Below, piece after piece: positions 28,580 to 37,738 of a stretch of 64,000 bases of DNA. Within the stretch, counting starts at the first letter, position 1. Every line of letters starts with the position of its first letter. The position numbers and the translations under genes were made by a program. A model generated the notes under the pieces. The model had not been told where the DNA came from, searched no databases, and saw only the letters and a list, made by a program, of their open reading frames with translations. Where the stretch lies: positions 32,001 through 96,000 of the IMG/VR virus record IMGVR_UViG_2595698524_000001; one strand, 5' to 3'. The DNA comes from a virus (Duplodnaviria; Caudoviricetes).

Positions 28580-29852
28580 AGCGATTGTAGGCAAACACAT
28601 CGCAAAAGCCGTCGGTAGTCCAAAGCTTACGTACACTGTGGTTTTGAAAGCAAACGGAATTGCGGTCAAAGCCATGAAAGTGCACTCCATTACCCGACGT
28701 TCGGAATTCGTTCGCACGATGGGTACCACCACGTTCATCACAATCCTTGTTCCAATGACGCAGTTGCGTCTGTTGCTGTCAAAGACCTACGGGAACCTGA
28801 CGTGTACGCTCGGCACGTTCTCGCAAGGCAAGCTGTTACGTCGTGAGGTGTTGTACGGTGTGGTTCAAAACGCACAAGACCTTGACATGACCGCGCCGAC
28901 AAAGAACATGGGTCTTGGTGATGAAATCGATTTCTCGGTGGTCACACTGGAGTTGATGAACGAGGCTATCTGGAAACTGCGATTGGTGCAGCAGGGTCTT
29001 AACGTGCAGCGTAACGACCCGTTAACGGTATGTCGATTTCTCTTAGCACGTACGACGAGGGCACAGGATGCACAGAAGGGCGAGACGGAAGGGTTACAGT
29101 ATGCTGAGGAGCCGCAGACGCCATATTCATCGATTGTGGTTCCTGACGGCACCCCATTCCGCGGTATCTTCGATTACCTCCAAAACCGATACGGTGTGTA
29201 TGCCCAAGGGTTGGGCGTGTTCAACTATGAAGATGTGTGGTTTCTCTTTAGACCGTGGAATAAAGCCCGGTTTCAGGAAGACGACTATCGGTTGGTTGTC
29301 TACGCTGTAGCGGCCGATGACATGGCACAGCCTGACCACACGTTCCGTATCGAAGGGAAGACGTATTACGTCGTTGTAGCGGGCGATAATCGCCTCGTCG
29401 ACCAGCGTGACCAGTCAGCCCTTAATGAGGGCACAGGATACCGTGTAGCCTCTGTGCGTGCGTTAGATGGCCGTACTATCGACCAGACCGAGAACGGGCC
29501 CACACAGACCGTCTCAGACGCGTTTGTAAGCACCGCTAACCCGTCACCGCATAACTCTGGGTTAACCAATGCTAACTTCGGCGAGAAACGCTTTGCAGAC
29601 AGCGATAAAGCGATACGTAGCGAGCTTGCTCGAAAAGCAGGTCGTTATCTGACCGTACGCTGGTCACACGCAATGTTTGGGGCAGTACGTCCGGGTATGG
29701 GTGTGCAGTACAACTATGCCAACGACGGTGGTATGTTCACCAAACACGGGACGGTTATTGGGGAAGTCTACCACACGGCATTAGACGGTGGGGGTGCTGC
29801 TGGCGAACAGTACGTTTCGTCATCAGACATCATGCTCTGGATTGCTGACTGA
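28563..29852 (+). CDS. Virion structural protein, possibly baseplate hub
   Basis: ATG 28563 after GGGGGTGG; FDYLQNRYGVY, VRPGM segments typical of hub proteins. Confidence 0.55.
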   Translation: MFARFKAIVGKHIAKAVGSPKLTYTVVLKANGIAVKAMKVHSITRRSEFVRTMGTTTFITILVPMTQLRLLLSKTYGNLTCTLGTFSQGKLLRREVLYGVVQNAQDLDMTAPTKNMGLGDEIDFSVVTLELMNEAIWKLRLVQQGLNVQRNDPLTVCRFLLARTTRAQDAQKGETEGLQYAEEPQTPYSSIVVPDGTPFRGIFDYLQNRYGVYAQGLGVFNYEDVWFLFRPWNKARFQEDDYRLVVYAVAADDMAQPDHTFRIEGKTYYVVVAGDNRLVDQRDQSALNEGTGYRVASVRALDGRTIDQTENGPTQTVSDAFVSTANPSPHNSGLTNANFGEKRFADSDKAIRSELARKAGRYLTVRWSHAMFGAVRPGMGVQYNYANDGGMFTKHGTVIGEVYHTALDGGGAAGEQYVSSSDIMLWIAD

Positions 29853-29880
29853 TTTTTTACAACTGAAAGATTAGATATAG
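29853..29880 (+). promoter_or_regulatory. Putative middle promoter driving a non-coding cassette
   Basis: TTTTTTACA-N14-TATAG. Confidence 0.6.
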
Positions 29881-30030
29881 GCAGCCAGGGGATACCTGAG
29901 TTGGGGAGGGGGTTTTTTAACGAGTGATGAGCGTAGCGAATCACGACTTCCTTATTCCTAAGTAATCCTCTCTAAGGATTACGCTCAGTAAGTGTGCTCT
30001 CCCTTCGGGGAGAGTCCTTATTTTTCTTTT
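29880..30030 (+). ncRNA. Structured non-coding cassette (candidate sRNA or replication-primer RNA/origin)
   Basis: Own promoter and terminator, three hairpins, G4AG5T6 tract, no credible ORF. Confidence 0.45.
29997..30030 (+). terminator. Intrinsic terminator
   Basis: CTCTCCC-TTCG-GGGAGAG then T-rich. Confidence 0.75.
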
Positions 30031-30084
30031 ACGTCATTTTCTAATCCTATGCTAACAAACACCTCTTTAACAAGGAATTATTCG

Positions 30085-30828
30085 ATGAACGAAATTATCC
30101 GTTACATGCTCTCCGCCGATGTCATTCTGAAGATTGACGAATACGAGAAAGCAACGTTCGGTAAAAAAGCCACCAAGCTCTGGGACCGTATCATCAAAGT
30201 CCTGCCGCACGGTGAGCAGATTGAAATTCTGGGTGTGCAGGCAACCAACCGCGATACCACCATTGCTATCCTCTATAAAGTCGATGGCGTGGAAGGCGGT
30301 AAAAACCTGCCTATCGCTGACGAAGGTTCACTGGGCAACCTGCTGTTCATGCACTGCGTAGCGTTTGCTACCCCGTACCAGATTTTGCATACGCTGTATA
30401 GCTTCGACTATATCTACGCGATTGCAAACATCATCTCGGGCCGTATTAAGCCGGGCGACTCCGACACTTATCCGCAATACGTTAAGCGTATCCGTCCGGA
30501 AGACTTCGACGACGAAGTTTCGCTGGATGTGTTCCGCTTTGAGCTGATTGGTGAAAACCGCACCGACGACTTCGTGACCTACCTGAAAGCGATCGTGCGC
30601 TACCATGCGCAGATGTCGACTGACGATATGTCCAACAACCACAACGAGCTGTATCCGGTTCTGATGTACGGTAACCGTGTAGCCTTCGGTACGTACATTC
30701 CGTTCCCAGCCCGTATCCTCGCACCGTACCACGACAGCACTATCCTGCCCGAGCCGGAAGAGCTGGGTCTGTTGTTCAGTGATGCGGTCAATGTGATTAG
30801 CGAACAGCGTCACCATCTGCAGCATTAA
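30085..30828 (+). CDS. Conserved hypothetical protein
   Basis: AAGGA SD before ATG 30085; TTTACG-N14-TATG promoter motif at 30028. Confidence 0.75.
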   Translation: MNEIIRYMLSADVILKIDEYEKATFGKKATKLWDRIIKVLPHGEQIEILGVQATNRDTTIAILYKVDGVEGGKNLPIADEGSLGNLLFMHCVAFATPYQILHTLYSFDYIYAIANIISGRIKPGDSDTYPQYVKRIRPEDFDDEVSLDVFRFELIGENRTDDFVTYLKAIVRYHAQMSTDDMSNNHNELYPVLMYGNRVAFGTYIPFPARILAPYHDSTILPEPEELGLLFSDAVNVISEQRHHLQH

Positions 30829-30840
30829 AAATAAAGCCGA

Positions 30841-30880
30841 CTACTACCCTTCGGGGTAGTAGCGGTTATTTTCTTTTTTT
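30841..30880 (+). terminator. Intrinsic terminator
   Basis: CTACTACCC-TTCG-GGGTAGTAG plus T-run. Confidence 0.8.
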
Positions 30881-30899
30881 CCTAACGAAAAATATTTCA

Positions 30900-30920
30900 G
30901 ATATATATTACTTTTGTGAA
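30900..30920 (+). promoter_or_regulatory. Early (vRNAP) promoter
   Basis: GATATATATTACTTTTGTGAA contains the phiKZ early consensus TATATTAC; near-identical copy at 56184. Confidence 0.75.
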
Positions 30921-30965
30921 CGAGATACATTATCTCTTAATCTAATACACTGTGGAGCTATTCAA

Positions 30966-31241
30966 ATGTCTATTATTCGTGTTCTGATTCATACCCTCGC
31001 TATTCTGGCTGTCGCTGTATTCTTCATCCTGTCTCCATTCGCAGTAATGGATTTGCTGGGTGGTCAAGAGAATGCAATCGTTGCTGGTTTAGGTGGCGCG
31101 CTTTACATCGTCACCGCTTTAGGTTTCCTCTTCAGCGATGCTTTAGAATTGAACTTCGGTCCATTCCGCTGGTACCGCAATCTCGTTGAAAAGAACCGTT
31201 ACGTGGCTCCAGTGTGGAACTACATCTTCGGCAACGAATAA
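30966..31241 (+). CDS. Small two-TM membrane protein
   Basis: Two hydrophobic helices; GGAG SD. Confidence 0.75.
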   Translation: MSIIRVLIHTLAILAVAVFFILSPFAVMDLLGGQENAIVAGLGGALYIVTALGFLFSDALELNFGPFRWYRNLVEKNRYVAPVWNYIFGNE

Positions 31242-31290
31242 CCCCAACTCTTAACTGACTCACAACAACTCATTTATAAGGAATACTATT

Positions 31291-31464
31291 ATGCGCAACG
31301 ACAACCTCGACGCCCTGCTGAAACTCTCTGGTAAAGAACTGGCTGCTGTAATGGCTCAGGTTAAAGCTGAAAAGGCAGCGGGTCAACGCCTGGCGTCTGT
31401 TAATCCGGTAAAGGCGTACCTGTCTACCGATTCCCATCCTAACCGTATCATCAATAAGGTGTAA
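31291..31464 (+). CDS. 57-aa protein (not in ORF track)
   Basis: TAAGGA SD; MRNDNLDALLKLSGKELAAVMAQVKAEKAAG...NKV*; optimal codons. Confidence 0.75.
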   Translation: MRNDNLDALLKLSGKELAAVMAQVKAEKAAGQRLASVNPVKAYLSTDSHPNRIINKV

Positions 31465-31466
31465 CC

Positions 31467-31916
31467 ATGTACGTACTGAATGACAAAGGCGCAGCACGCG
31501 TCGCTGAACTGAAAATTCTCTCCGGCGTTGAACTGACGCCGGTACATGGCAAACAAACCATCCAACGTGACGGAGGCATCTACCGTAAATTTAAATTGAC
31601 TAACCACGGACGGGTGCACTTCGTCGAACTGGAGCTTGATGAATACAGTCTGACACATCCGGCTGACATTCAACCAATCACGCTCGACGATGAAGAACCT
31701 ATCGTGTTCGAAACCATGCACAACTGTTCACGTGGTGCACGCTACAAAGTCGAGCTGTGTCGTGACGGCGGACGTGGGTTCATCAAAGTGAAAACACTGG
31801 CAGGCATCAACCCGAGCGATTTCAGCTTTGCCATTAACCACATCATCCAAGACCTGTTAACGAGCGCTGCTCAAAACATGCGGATGAAAATTAACTCTTT
31901 CCCTCAAATTTCTTAA
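31467..31916 (+). CDS. Hypothetical early protein
   Basis: TAAGGT SD, in operon. Confidence 0.75.
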   Translation: MYVLNDKGAARVAELKILSGVELTPVHGKQTIQRDGGIYRKFKLTNHGRVHFVELELDEYSLTHPADIQPITLDDEEPIVFETMHNCSRGARYKVELCRDGGRGFIKVKTLAGINPSDFSFAINHIIQDLLTSAAQNMRMKINSFPQIS

Positions 31917-31930
31917 TAAGGATTTCCAAC

Positions 31931-32068
31931 ATGAAAGCTTACTTCAATACTCGCGTTCTGGCTGTTTTCATCATCGCAACCCTGCTGGGTACTCTGGGTG
32001 CCAGCGTGGTTAAAGGCTACGAGCAGTGCCGTGCTAATGGCCATAGCAGCATGACCTGCAACCGTTAA
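31931..32068 (+). CDS. 45-aa single-TM protein with two C-terminal Cys (not in ORF track)
   Basis: TAAGGA SD; MKAYFNTRVLAVFIIATLLGTLGASVVKGYEQCRANGHSSMTCNR*. Confidence 0.7.
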   Translation: MKAYFNTRVLAVFIIATLLGTLGASVVKGYEQCRANGHSSMTCNR

Positions 32069-32141
32069 GTAATACCGTAGTACCCGATAAATAAAGTAAT
32101 CATACCTTCTGCAAATCTATCTAATATACTTGGAGCTAATC

Positions 32142-32585
32142 ATGACTATCACCGTTAACCACCTGACTGCATCTACTATCACCACCGAAGTTAAAGATTA
32201 CGTGCGTAATCACCCAGTTGCTCTGCTGTGCCTGACTAACTACGTTTACTCTGGCCGTGACCTGCAAGAGCTGACTGTAGATGAACTGAGCCGCGTTCAC
32301 GATGAGAACGTTGCCAAAGTTTCCCAACTGAAATTGGAAGTACCTGAAGCCGACCAGCCTCAGGAAGTTCTGAATCAGTATTACCATAACGCGATTGTTC
32401 ATGCGCTGGTATCTGACGAAATCAATCGTCCTTTCGAAGCGTCTACTATCCCAACGATGGTAGACGAACTGGTTGAACGTGTTCGCACTAGCGACCGCGT
32501 TGGTCAGTATTACGCAATCCTGCTGAAGTCAGAGCCGGAGTCTGAGAAATTCTTCGACGACATGAAAGCTTTGATTTTAGAGTAA
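32142..32585 (+). CDS. Hypothetical early protein
   Basis: TGGAGCTAATCATG leader. Confidence 0.75.
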   Translation: MTITVNHLTASTITTEVKDYVRNHPVALLCLTNYVYSGRDLQELTVDELSRVHDENVAKVSQLKLEVPEADQPQEVLNQYYHNAIVHALVSDEINRPFEASTIPTMVDELVERVRTSDRVGQYYAILLKSEPESEKFFDDMKALILE

Positions 32586-32593
32586 GACCAACT

Positions 32594-32627
32594 GGGGAAC
32601 TTCGGTTCCCCCTAACTTTATTTTTTC
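32594..32627 (+). terminator. Intrinsic terminator
   Basis: GGGGAAC-TTCG-GTTCCCC then T-rich. Confidence 0.7.
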
Positions 32628-32642
32628 CTGAGGAGTAATCGA

Positions 32643-33230
32643 ATGACGTTTGAAATGGGCACCGACACTAAAATCCCTGTTCTCAATGCAAAAGGCGTAG
32701 CGGCACATCCATACGCCCCGCTTGAAGTGGGTATGCTGGTAAACCAGCGTAACCGTAACGGAATGGCACAACCTGACCATGTCCGTAAATCAGCGTTTGT
32801 CTTTAACTGGTTCCGTGAATTCCACTTCATTGAATTGGAAGACGATATGATTGACTGGGTCGATGATTCCCCGTGGTTGCAGAAACCGATTTTCATGTTC
32901 CACATGGACCTGCCGGATTACGGTGAACCGCTGTTACGTAATGCCATCAAAGACGTTCCTATTCAGCACGCGCTGCGCCGTTGTGATGGCTACAAGGGTA
33001 TGATTTACACCATCGAAGACTTCGGTGACATTCACGGGAACTTCAAAGAAAGCGTCACGACCAGCCGTGCGAACTTCCTGAACAAAGTTAAGGAGAACAT
33101 CCCAGACTTCCAGTTCCCGACCAGTAACTACATTAGCCCAACCGTCTGGCGTGAGGTATCTCACCTCATCGTTAACGAATACGGTAATCTGGTAGAAACC
33201 GTTGTTCGCGAGCCGGTTGAACGGACATAA
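32643..33230 (+). CDS. Hypothetical protein
   Basis: GAGGAG SD. Confidence 0.75.
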   Translation: MTFEMGTDTKIPVLNAKGVAAHPYAPLEVGMLVNQRNRNGMAQPDHVRKSAFVFNWFREFHFIELEDDMIDWVDDSPWLQKPIFMFHMDLPDYGEPLLRNAIKDVPIQHALRRCDGYKGMIYTIEDFGDIHGNFKESVTTSRANFLNKVKENIPDFQFPTSNYISPTVWREVSHLIVNEYGNLVETVVREPVERT

Positions 33231-33236
33231 AGCCCA

Positions 33237-33262
33237 CCCCCGTACCCACAAGGGTACGGGGG
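33237..33262. terminator. Bidirectional terminator
   Basis: CCCCCGTACCC-ACAA-GGGTACGGGGG between convergent genes. Confidence 0.7.
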
Positions 33263-33292
33263 TCATAAACCTCTTCGGTTTATTTTTTTTGC

Positions 33293-34834
33293 TTAGAACA
33301 AATCTCCGGACATGCCGCCGGTGAACTTATTGATAGAGTTGGCAGTTACTTCAACTTCCTTATCCACATCCCAAGGCAGGATGCAATGGTCTTCAAACGG
33401 TATTACAGTGTAGTGATGTTTTTCAGGCGTGTCGATAATGGTACGATGTTTACCACGCTGCACTTCTAAATAACTACGTCCTTCAATTACACGCTTGTTG
33501 AAGAACATCTCACCGTCGGCTTCGTTATCCAGAGAGGAACAGGTATCGTACAGACCGCGACCCGGTAACGACTTAACGAATGCAGATTCATCAATCGCTT
33601 TCAGTCGTTTACCTTCCGGGCTAATCTGGTGTGGGCCTAAGATGAACCCACGGTTACGTACCACCTGAATGTTACGGGCGATACGATAAATCTCTTTAAT
33701 GTCGGAACCTGCAATACCGTTTCCGTGACCTGCTTTGTTGATGGTACCAAAGTAGTCTGCACGAATCCCAACAACATGATAACCACGACGCTTCGCATCG
33801 CTGATAAGGTCATTGAGGTAGTGCACTTTGAAATCGGAGTTGGTATGTTTCTGGAACTCATAGTTCCATCCGTTCCGGTTCAGTTTCGAACAGACGTAAT
33901 CTGCCATCGCAGTGACGTCCTGATTCACCATGTCCGCTTTCACGCCTTCGAAGTGACCATACAGCATCTGATAAGCAGTTGCGATATTGATATCGAGTTC
34001 GTTCTCAAGCGACAGGTCAAGAATCATTGGCTGCAAATCACCCTTGACATCTTTCATCACGTATTCCGGTGTGTTGAATACCGGAACCGAGATTGCCATG
34101 CAAAGACTAAACAGAGACTTACAGTTAAACGGCAGAGCGGGCATCAGCCACATCTCTTCGGTAATCCCGCCATTACAACCCATCATACGGTTTATGGATT
34201 GCCAGCCCGTACGTAAGCCGTGACCCGCTGCTTTATCTTTGATGGAGCTAAACACTTTCGCAAACGGTGCAGCGTTCGCTGTGTTCAGTGTGTTCACCAA
34301 AGATGGAATCTTATTATGACTACGTTCAGTGAACGTGGAGATGGAGTCACGAAGATTACCTAAAGCGGTGCTGAGGTCAATACGGGTCTCGGTACCGTTC
34401 AATGCACCAAATGCTTGACCCAGAGTTTTACGCAAAGTAATCGCGTTTAATGACTGGCGCAATTGGAAGTAATGACGCGATACCATCTTATTGAGGTAAG
34501 CAACACGCTCCTCGGGTTTTGTGTCGTCCGGTATATCGTCGCCCGCGATAAATTCTACTACGGTATCGTATAGGGGACGATTCTGCGTTGTTGCCAGTTT
34601 TAACTGGCGCATGACGGCATCGTGATCGTATGTAACCTGTCCGTCAATGATGGGTTCGATAATCGCTTTGATTTCGGTGAGTGCGAGACGTTCGTCGTCC
34701 TCATCGACATAATCCGGAAGACGAGATTCCGCCAATACCTTTCTTATGACCTCATGATCAGTTTGAGGTTCGGTTAAAAGGCTTTCCGCGTGCAAAGTGG
34801 CTAATGCGGTAATCAACATCGTCTTAATATTCAT
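33293..34834 (-). CDS. dnaB: DnaB-like replicative helicase (phiKZ gp118/SPN3US gp73-like)
   Basis: GLRTGWQSINRM, Walker A-like ALPFNCKS, LSLEN, ADYFG, PHQIS, RGKHR; divergent from capsid operon. Confidence 0.85.
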   Translation of the reverse strand: MNIKTMLITALATLHAESLLTEPQTDHEVIRKVLAESRLPDYVDEDDERLALTEIKAIIEPIIDGQVTYDHDAVMRQLKLATTQNRPLYDTVVEFIAGDDIPDDTKPEERVAYLNKMVSRHYFQLRQSLNAITLRKTLGQAFGALNGTETRIDLSTALGNLRDSISTFTERSHNKIPSLVNTLNTANAAPFAKVFSSIKDKAAGHGLRTGWQSINRMMGCNGGITEEMWLMPALPFNCKSLFSLCMAISVPVFNTPEYVMKDVKGDLQPMILDLSLENELDINIATAYQMLYGHFEGVKADMVNQDVTAMADYVCSKLNRNGWNYEFQKHTNSDFKVHYLNDLISDAKRRGYHVVGIRADYFGTINKAGHGNGIAGSDIKEIYRIARNIQVVRNRGFILGPHQISPEGKRLKAIDESAFVKSLPGRGLYDTCSSLDNEADGEMFFNKRVIEGRSYLEVQRGKHRTIIDTPEKHHYTVIPFEDHCILPWDVDKEVEVTANSINKFTGGMSGDLF

Positions 34835-34845
34835 GGAGCAACCTT

Positions 34846-35388
34846 ATGCTAATTCGTTTTAGTCCGCCGTGGGAAGATGGTCCTGACATAGATAAAGGTG
34901 CTAGTGTAAAAAAGTTAGCAGACCTTCAGGCCATGTTCTTTAATTGGCTCTACGATTGCCAACAAGGTTTCAGTTCTAAGACCTTACCCGAGCAATCCCC
35001 TGTTCGACTGTTTGAAGTGTTCATGGCCCGCCCTGAGTGTTCGAGCAGTTATTATGACTACCTACTCAACTTAGTTGAAACGGGTGGAAAAGTGACTCTG
35101 TCTGATTTATATGGGATAGAGTTTCCTGAAAGTCGACTCCGTTGGAAGTTTAAACTCCTGGACGACAAAACGGTTGTAGCGAAGTTGGTTGGTGAATCAG
35201 ACCTATCATGTGGGTTCGACGTTACCGACGAGCTAACTGCAAAAAAGATGTTCTGCGCAGAACTTTTTAAATTCATGCGTCCGAAGACTCGCGTCGTCGA
35301 CGACACGTATAGCACTTCTACGCAATTCGCGCAAAACGAAGTGTTAACGGCGTTATACGCATGTCATCTAACTGAAAGGGTATTATGA
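34846..35388 (+). CDS. Virion protein upstream of the capsid gene (phiKZ gp119 position)
   Basis: GGAG SD; synteny. Confidence 0.6.
   Translation: MLIRFSPPWEDGPDIDKGASVKKLADLQAMFFNWLYDCQQGFSSKTLPEQSPVRLFEVFMARPECSSSYYDYLLNLVETGGKVTLSDLYGIEFPESRLRWKFKLLDDKTVVAKLVGESDLSCGFDVTDELTAKKMFCAELFKFMRPKTRVVDDTYSTSTQFAQNEVLTALYACHLTERVL
34887..34913 (-). promoter_or_regulatory. Putative middle promoter for dnaB, inside the opposite-strand ORF
   Basis: Minus strand TTTTTTACA-N14-TATG. Confidence 0.55.
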
Positions 35389-37643
35389 TGAAAGAAAGTC
35401 GTATCATTAAGCTGGAGTCGCTGATCGACGTTGGCCAAAAAATGGTTGATAACGCTAAGCTTAGCGGTAACTCCGAAGTGCTGTGGAAAACCATGGTAGG
35501 GCGCGAGTCCATTAAAGGCAGTCGTGATCTGATGAAAACTCAGACCGAAACCGCGGTCGCCAATTATCAGGAAGTCGACGGTAAGAAACTGGGCGTAGCT
35601 GCACAGCGCGCATCCAACATGATCCTCGCTGCGGCTCACAACCCAATGGGCTTCGTCACCACCGTGGCGCAAGAGTCCCTGAAGGCTGACTACGACAAGT
35701 TCCAGTCTGCTTCTTTCGCCGGCGCAACCGACGTTGACTACGGCAAAAACTTCATCGGTGCAGAATACTACTCCGATAAAGACCTGGACAAAAACCTGGG
35801 CCTGAGCTGGACTCTGAACGTACGTGCACTGGAAACCCAGTCCCGTTTCGCAGAAACCCTGTATCCGACCATCACCGTTGACAGCAACGATGTTGGTATC
35901 ACGATCCGTACCAAAATCACCACTGTAACCCGCGGCGTCATGAACGCACTGCTGGCCAAAGACAGTGTTGAAGATAACCGTCGTCCGCTGCACGATGCGC
36001 TGACCGACCACCGTGTTCTGCAGGATGATGCAATCCGCATCGTTCCGTACATCATGGAAGACGGCAAAAACGCCGAGTTCTTCGTTGACCCTAACATCAT
36101 CGAAAACACCACTGTACAGCTGGGCCGCGTGCCGGCGTATCCGACTAACTACCTGAACTTCGAGCAAACCCAGCTGAACCTGTTCCGTCTGGCCGCTCAC
36201 CCGGGTATCGTTACCGAAGGTTACGACGAAACCGACGAAATCGCACCGGGCGCAGCTCTGGGCGAAATCCTGCTGTCCGTGCGTAAGAAAGGCGAAGCGA
36301 TCGCTGATGGCGCGCTGTTCAAAATCAACACCCGCGACATGCAATACTCTACTTTCCAGCGTCCTGCTGAAGGTGGTGGTCGTGAGCTGCTGCTGAACTT
36401 CCGCGCAACTGTGTTTACCATCAACGGTAAATCCAAAGACTGGAAAGGCAACGAAATGCCTGCCCTGGACGCGCTGAAAGCGAACGGCTATAGCCTGCGC
36501 TTCGTGATTTCTGTGAACATGAGCATGCACACCACTGGTGACCGCTCTGGCTTCGTGGACATCACTGGTAAGTCTCTGCGTATCGACTCCGTGGTAACTG
36601 CTGACGGTACTAAACTGCCGATCAACGAAGGCTCCGTGAAAACCATCCTGGACAACATCCAGCTGGAACTCTACGGCTGGCGCTTCGATGGTACTCGTAC
36701 CAACGAAAACCGTCGTACTCAGGGCCTGATGCTTGACCCGATCTGGGAGCAGGAAAACTACAAACTGCAGTACGGTTCTCCGCTGCTGACCAAATCTCCA
36801 ATCGGTCAGGAGTACGATGACGCTGAGCGTCTGGATGACCTGATCTCTGCGGTTAACATCCGTAACGAATCCCTGGCTGTTAGCCAGACTCTGAACTACA
36901 CCGAACAGCTGCGCGAAGTTGTTGCTGCTAAAGTTACGGCGTACGACAAGTCTGCTATCCGCGGTCTGGGCCGTCACTGGGTGTCTGCATGGTTCGAAGA
37001 GCTGGAATTCGATGTGTCCAAACACATCCAGACCTCCGATACCAAAGATGCGCTGGTTAACGCCCGTCAGGGTCTGCTGAACCGTCTGGGTGATCAGGTT
37101 ACCCGTGCAATTCAGGAATCTCGCTACATGCCGGCTCTGCGCCTGCTGACTGCGAACCCTGACGCACGTCCGGTAGTTGTGATTGCAACTGACGAGCCGA
37201 CTGCTTCTATGCTGCTGCTGCAGCAGGGTGAAACCCGTATCCTGGGTGACCGCTACCAGTACGAAGTCGTTACCACTAACGATGACCGCTGGCGTGTGAA
37301 AGACGCGGATTACAACTCTGTAACTCGTCGTCTGCAATGGGTGCTGCGTGTTGACCAGGAGAACGACGGTTCTTACTGCGTTCTGAACTGGGGTAACCAC
37401 TTCTGGTCTCCGGTAATGGTAACCAACATCAACATCCAGCGTAACGGTGGTGTGTCTAAAGAGCTGGCAGTTCAGCCTCGTAACGCGCACATCAACCACT
37501 GCCCAATCGCCGGGGTTATCCTGATCAAAGGTATCACCGAGTTCGTTGCGAAGAAACTGGCTTACTATGTCGAGCTGGCTAACGCACCGACCGACGACAC
37601 CAATCTGGGTCCGGTTGACGGTTCTGATGGCGCTGGCGCGTAA
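35385..37643 (+). CDS. Major capsid protein (phiKZ gp120/SPN3US gp75-like)
   Basis: 752 aa, extreme codon bias, AQES site, FAETLYPTI and VQPRNAHINHCP motifs; synteny with dnaB and nvRNAP. Confidence 0.88.
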   Translation: MMKESRIIKLESLIDVGQKMVDNAKLSGNSEVLWKTMVGRESIKGSRDLMKTQTETAVANYQEVDGKKLGVAAQRASNMILAAAHNPMGFVTTVAQESLKADYDKFQSASFAGATDVDYGKNFIGAEYYSDKDLDKNLGLSWTLNVRALETQSRFAETLYPTITVDSNDVGITIRTKITTVTRGVMNALLAKDSVEDNRRPLHDALTDHRVLQDDAIRIVPYIMEDGKNAEFFVDPNIIENTTVQLGRVPAYPTNYLNFEQTQLNLFRLAAHPGIVTEGYDETDEIAPGAALGEILLSVRKKGEAIADGALFKINTRDMQYSTFQRPAEGGGRELLLNFRATVFTINGKSKDWKGNEMPALDALKANGYSLRFVISVNMSMHTTGDRSGFVDITGKSLRIDSVVTADGTKLPINEGSVKTILDNIQLELYGWRFDGTRTNENRRTQGLMLDPIWEQENYKLQYGSPLLTKSPIGQEYDDAERLDDLISAVNIRNESLAVSQTLNYTEQLREVVAAKVTAYDKSAIRGLGRHWVSAWFEELEFDVSKHIQTSDTKDALVNARQGLLNRLGDQVTRAIQESRYMPALRLLTANPDARPVVVIATDEPTASMLLLQQGETRILGDRYQYEVVTTNDDRWRVKDADYNSVTRRLQWVLRVDQENDGSYCVLNWGNHFWSPVMVTNINIQRNGGVSKELAVQPRNAHINHCPIAGVILIKGITEFVAKKLAYYVELANAPTDDTNLGPVDGSDGAGA

Positions 37644-37698
37644 GCGTTTATGCCATTGAGCTGGTAAAAAATACGCCGAGAAATCGGCGTATGGTATT

Positions 37699-37738
37699 CG
37701 GGAGTCCCTTCGGGGGCTCCCGTATATTTTTATTTTTT
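37699..37738 (+). terminator. Terminator after capsid gene; second hairpin ATACGCCGA-GAAA-TCGGCGTAT at 37671-37692
   Basis: CGGGAGTCCC-TTCG-GGGGCTCCCG plus T-rich tail. Confidence 0.8.

Noticed and set aside
29880-30030. tRNA, CRISPR array or retron msr-msd
   Set aside because: No cloverleaf or TTCRA/CCA, no repeat-spacer periodicity, no reverse transcriptase or flanking a1/a2 inverted repeats in the window.
29992-30084. Upstream start extensions in the ORF track (also 179, 7547, 16933, 25150, 45056, 58065, 61969)
   Set aside because: They run through terminators or neighbouring genes; downstream ATGs have proper SD sequences or coupling.
35364-37499. 711-aa antisense ORF over the capsid gene
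   Set aside because: In-register shadow of strong codon bias (the sense gene avoids TTA/CTA/TCA); no SD, unnatural composition.
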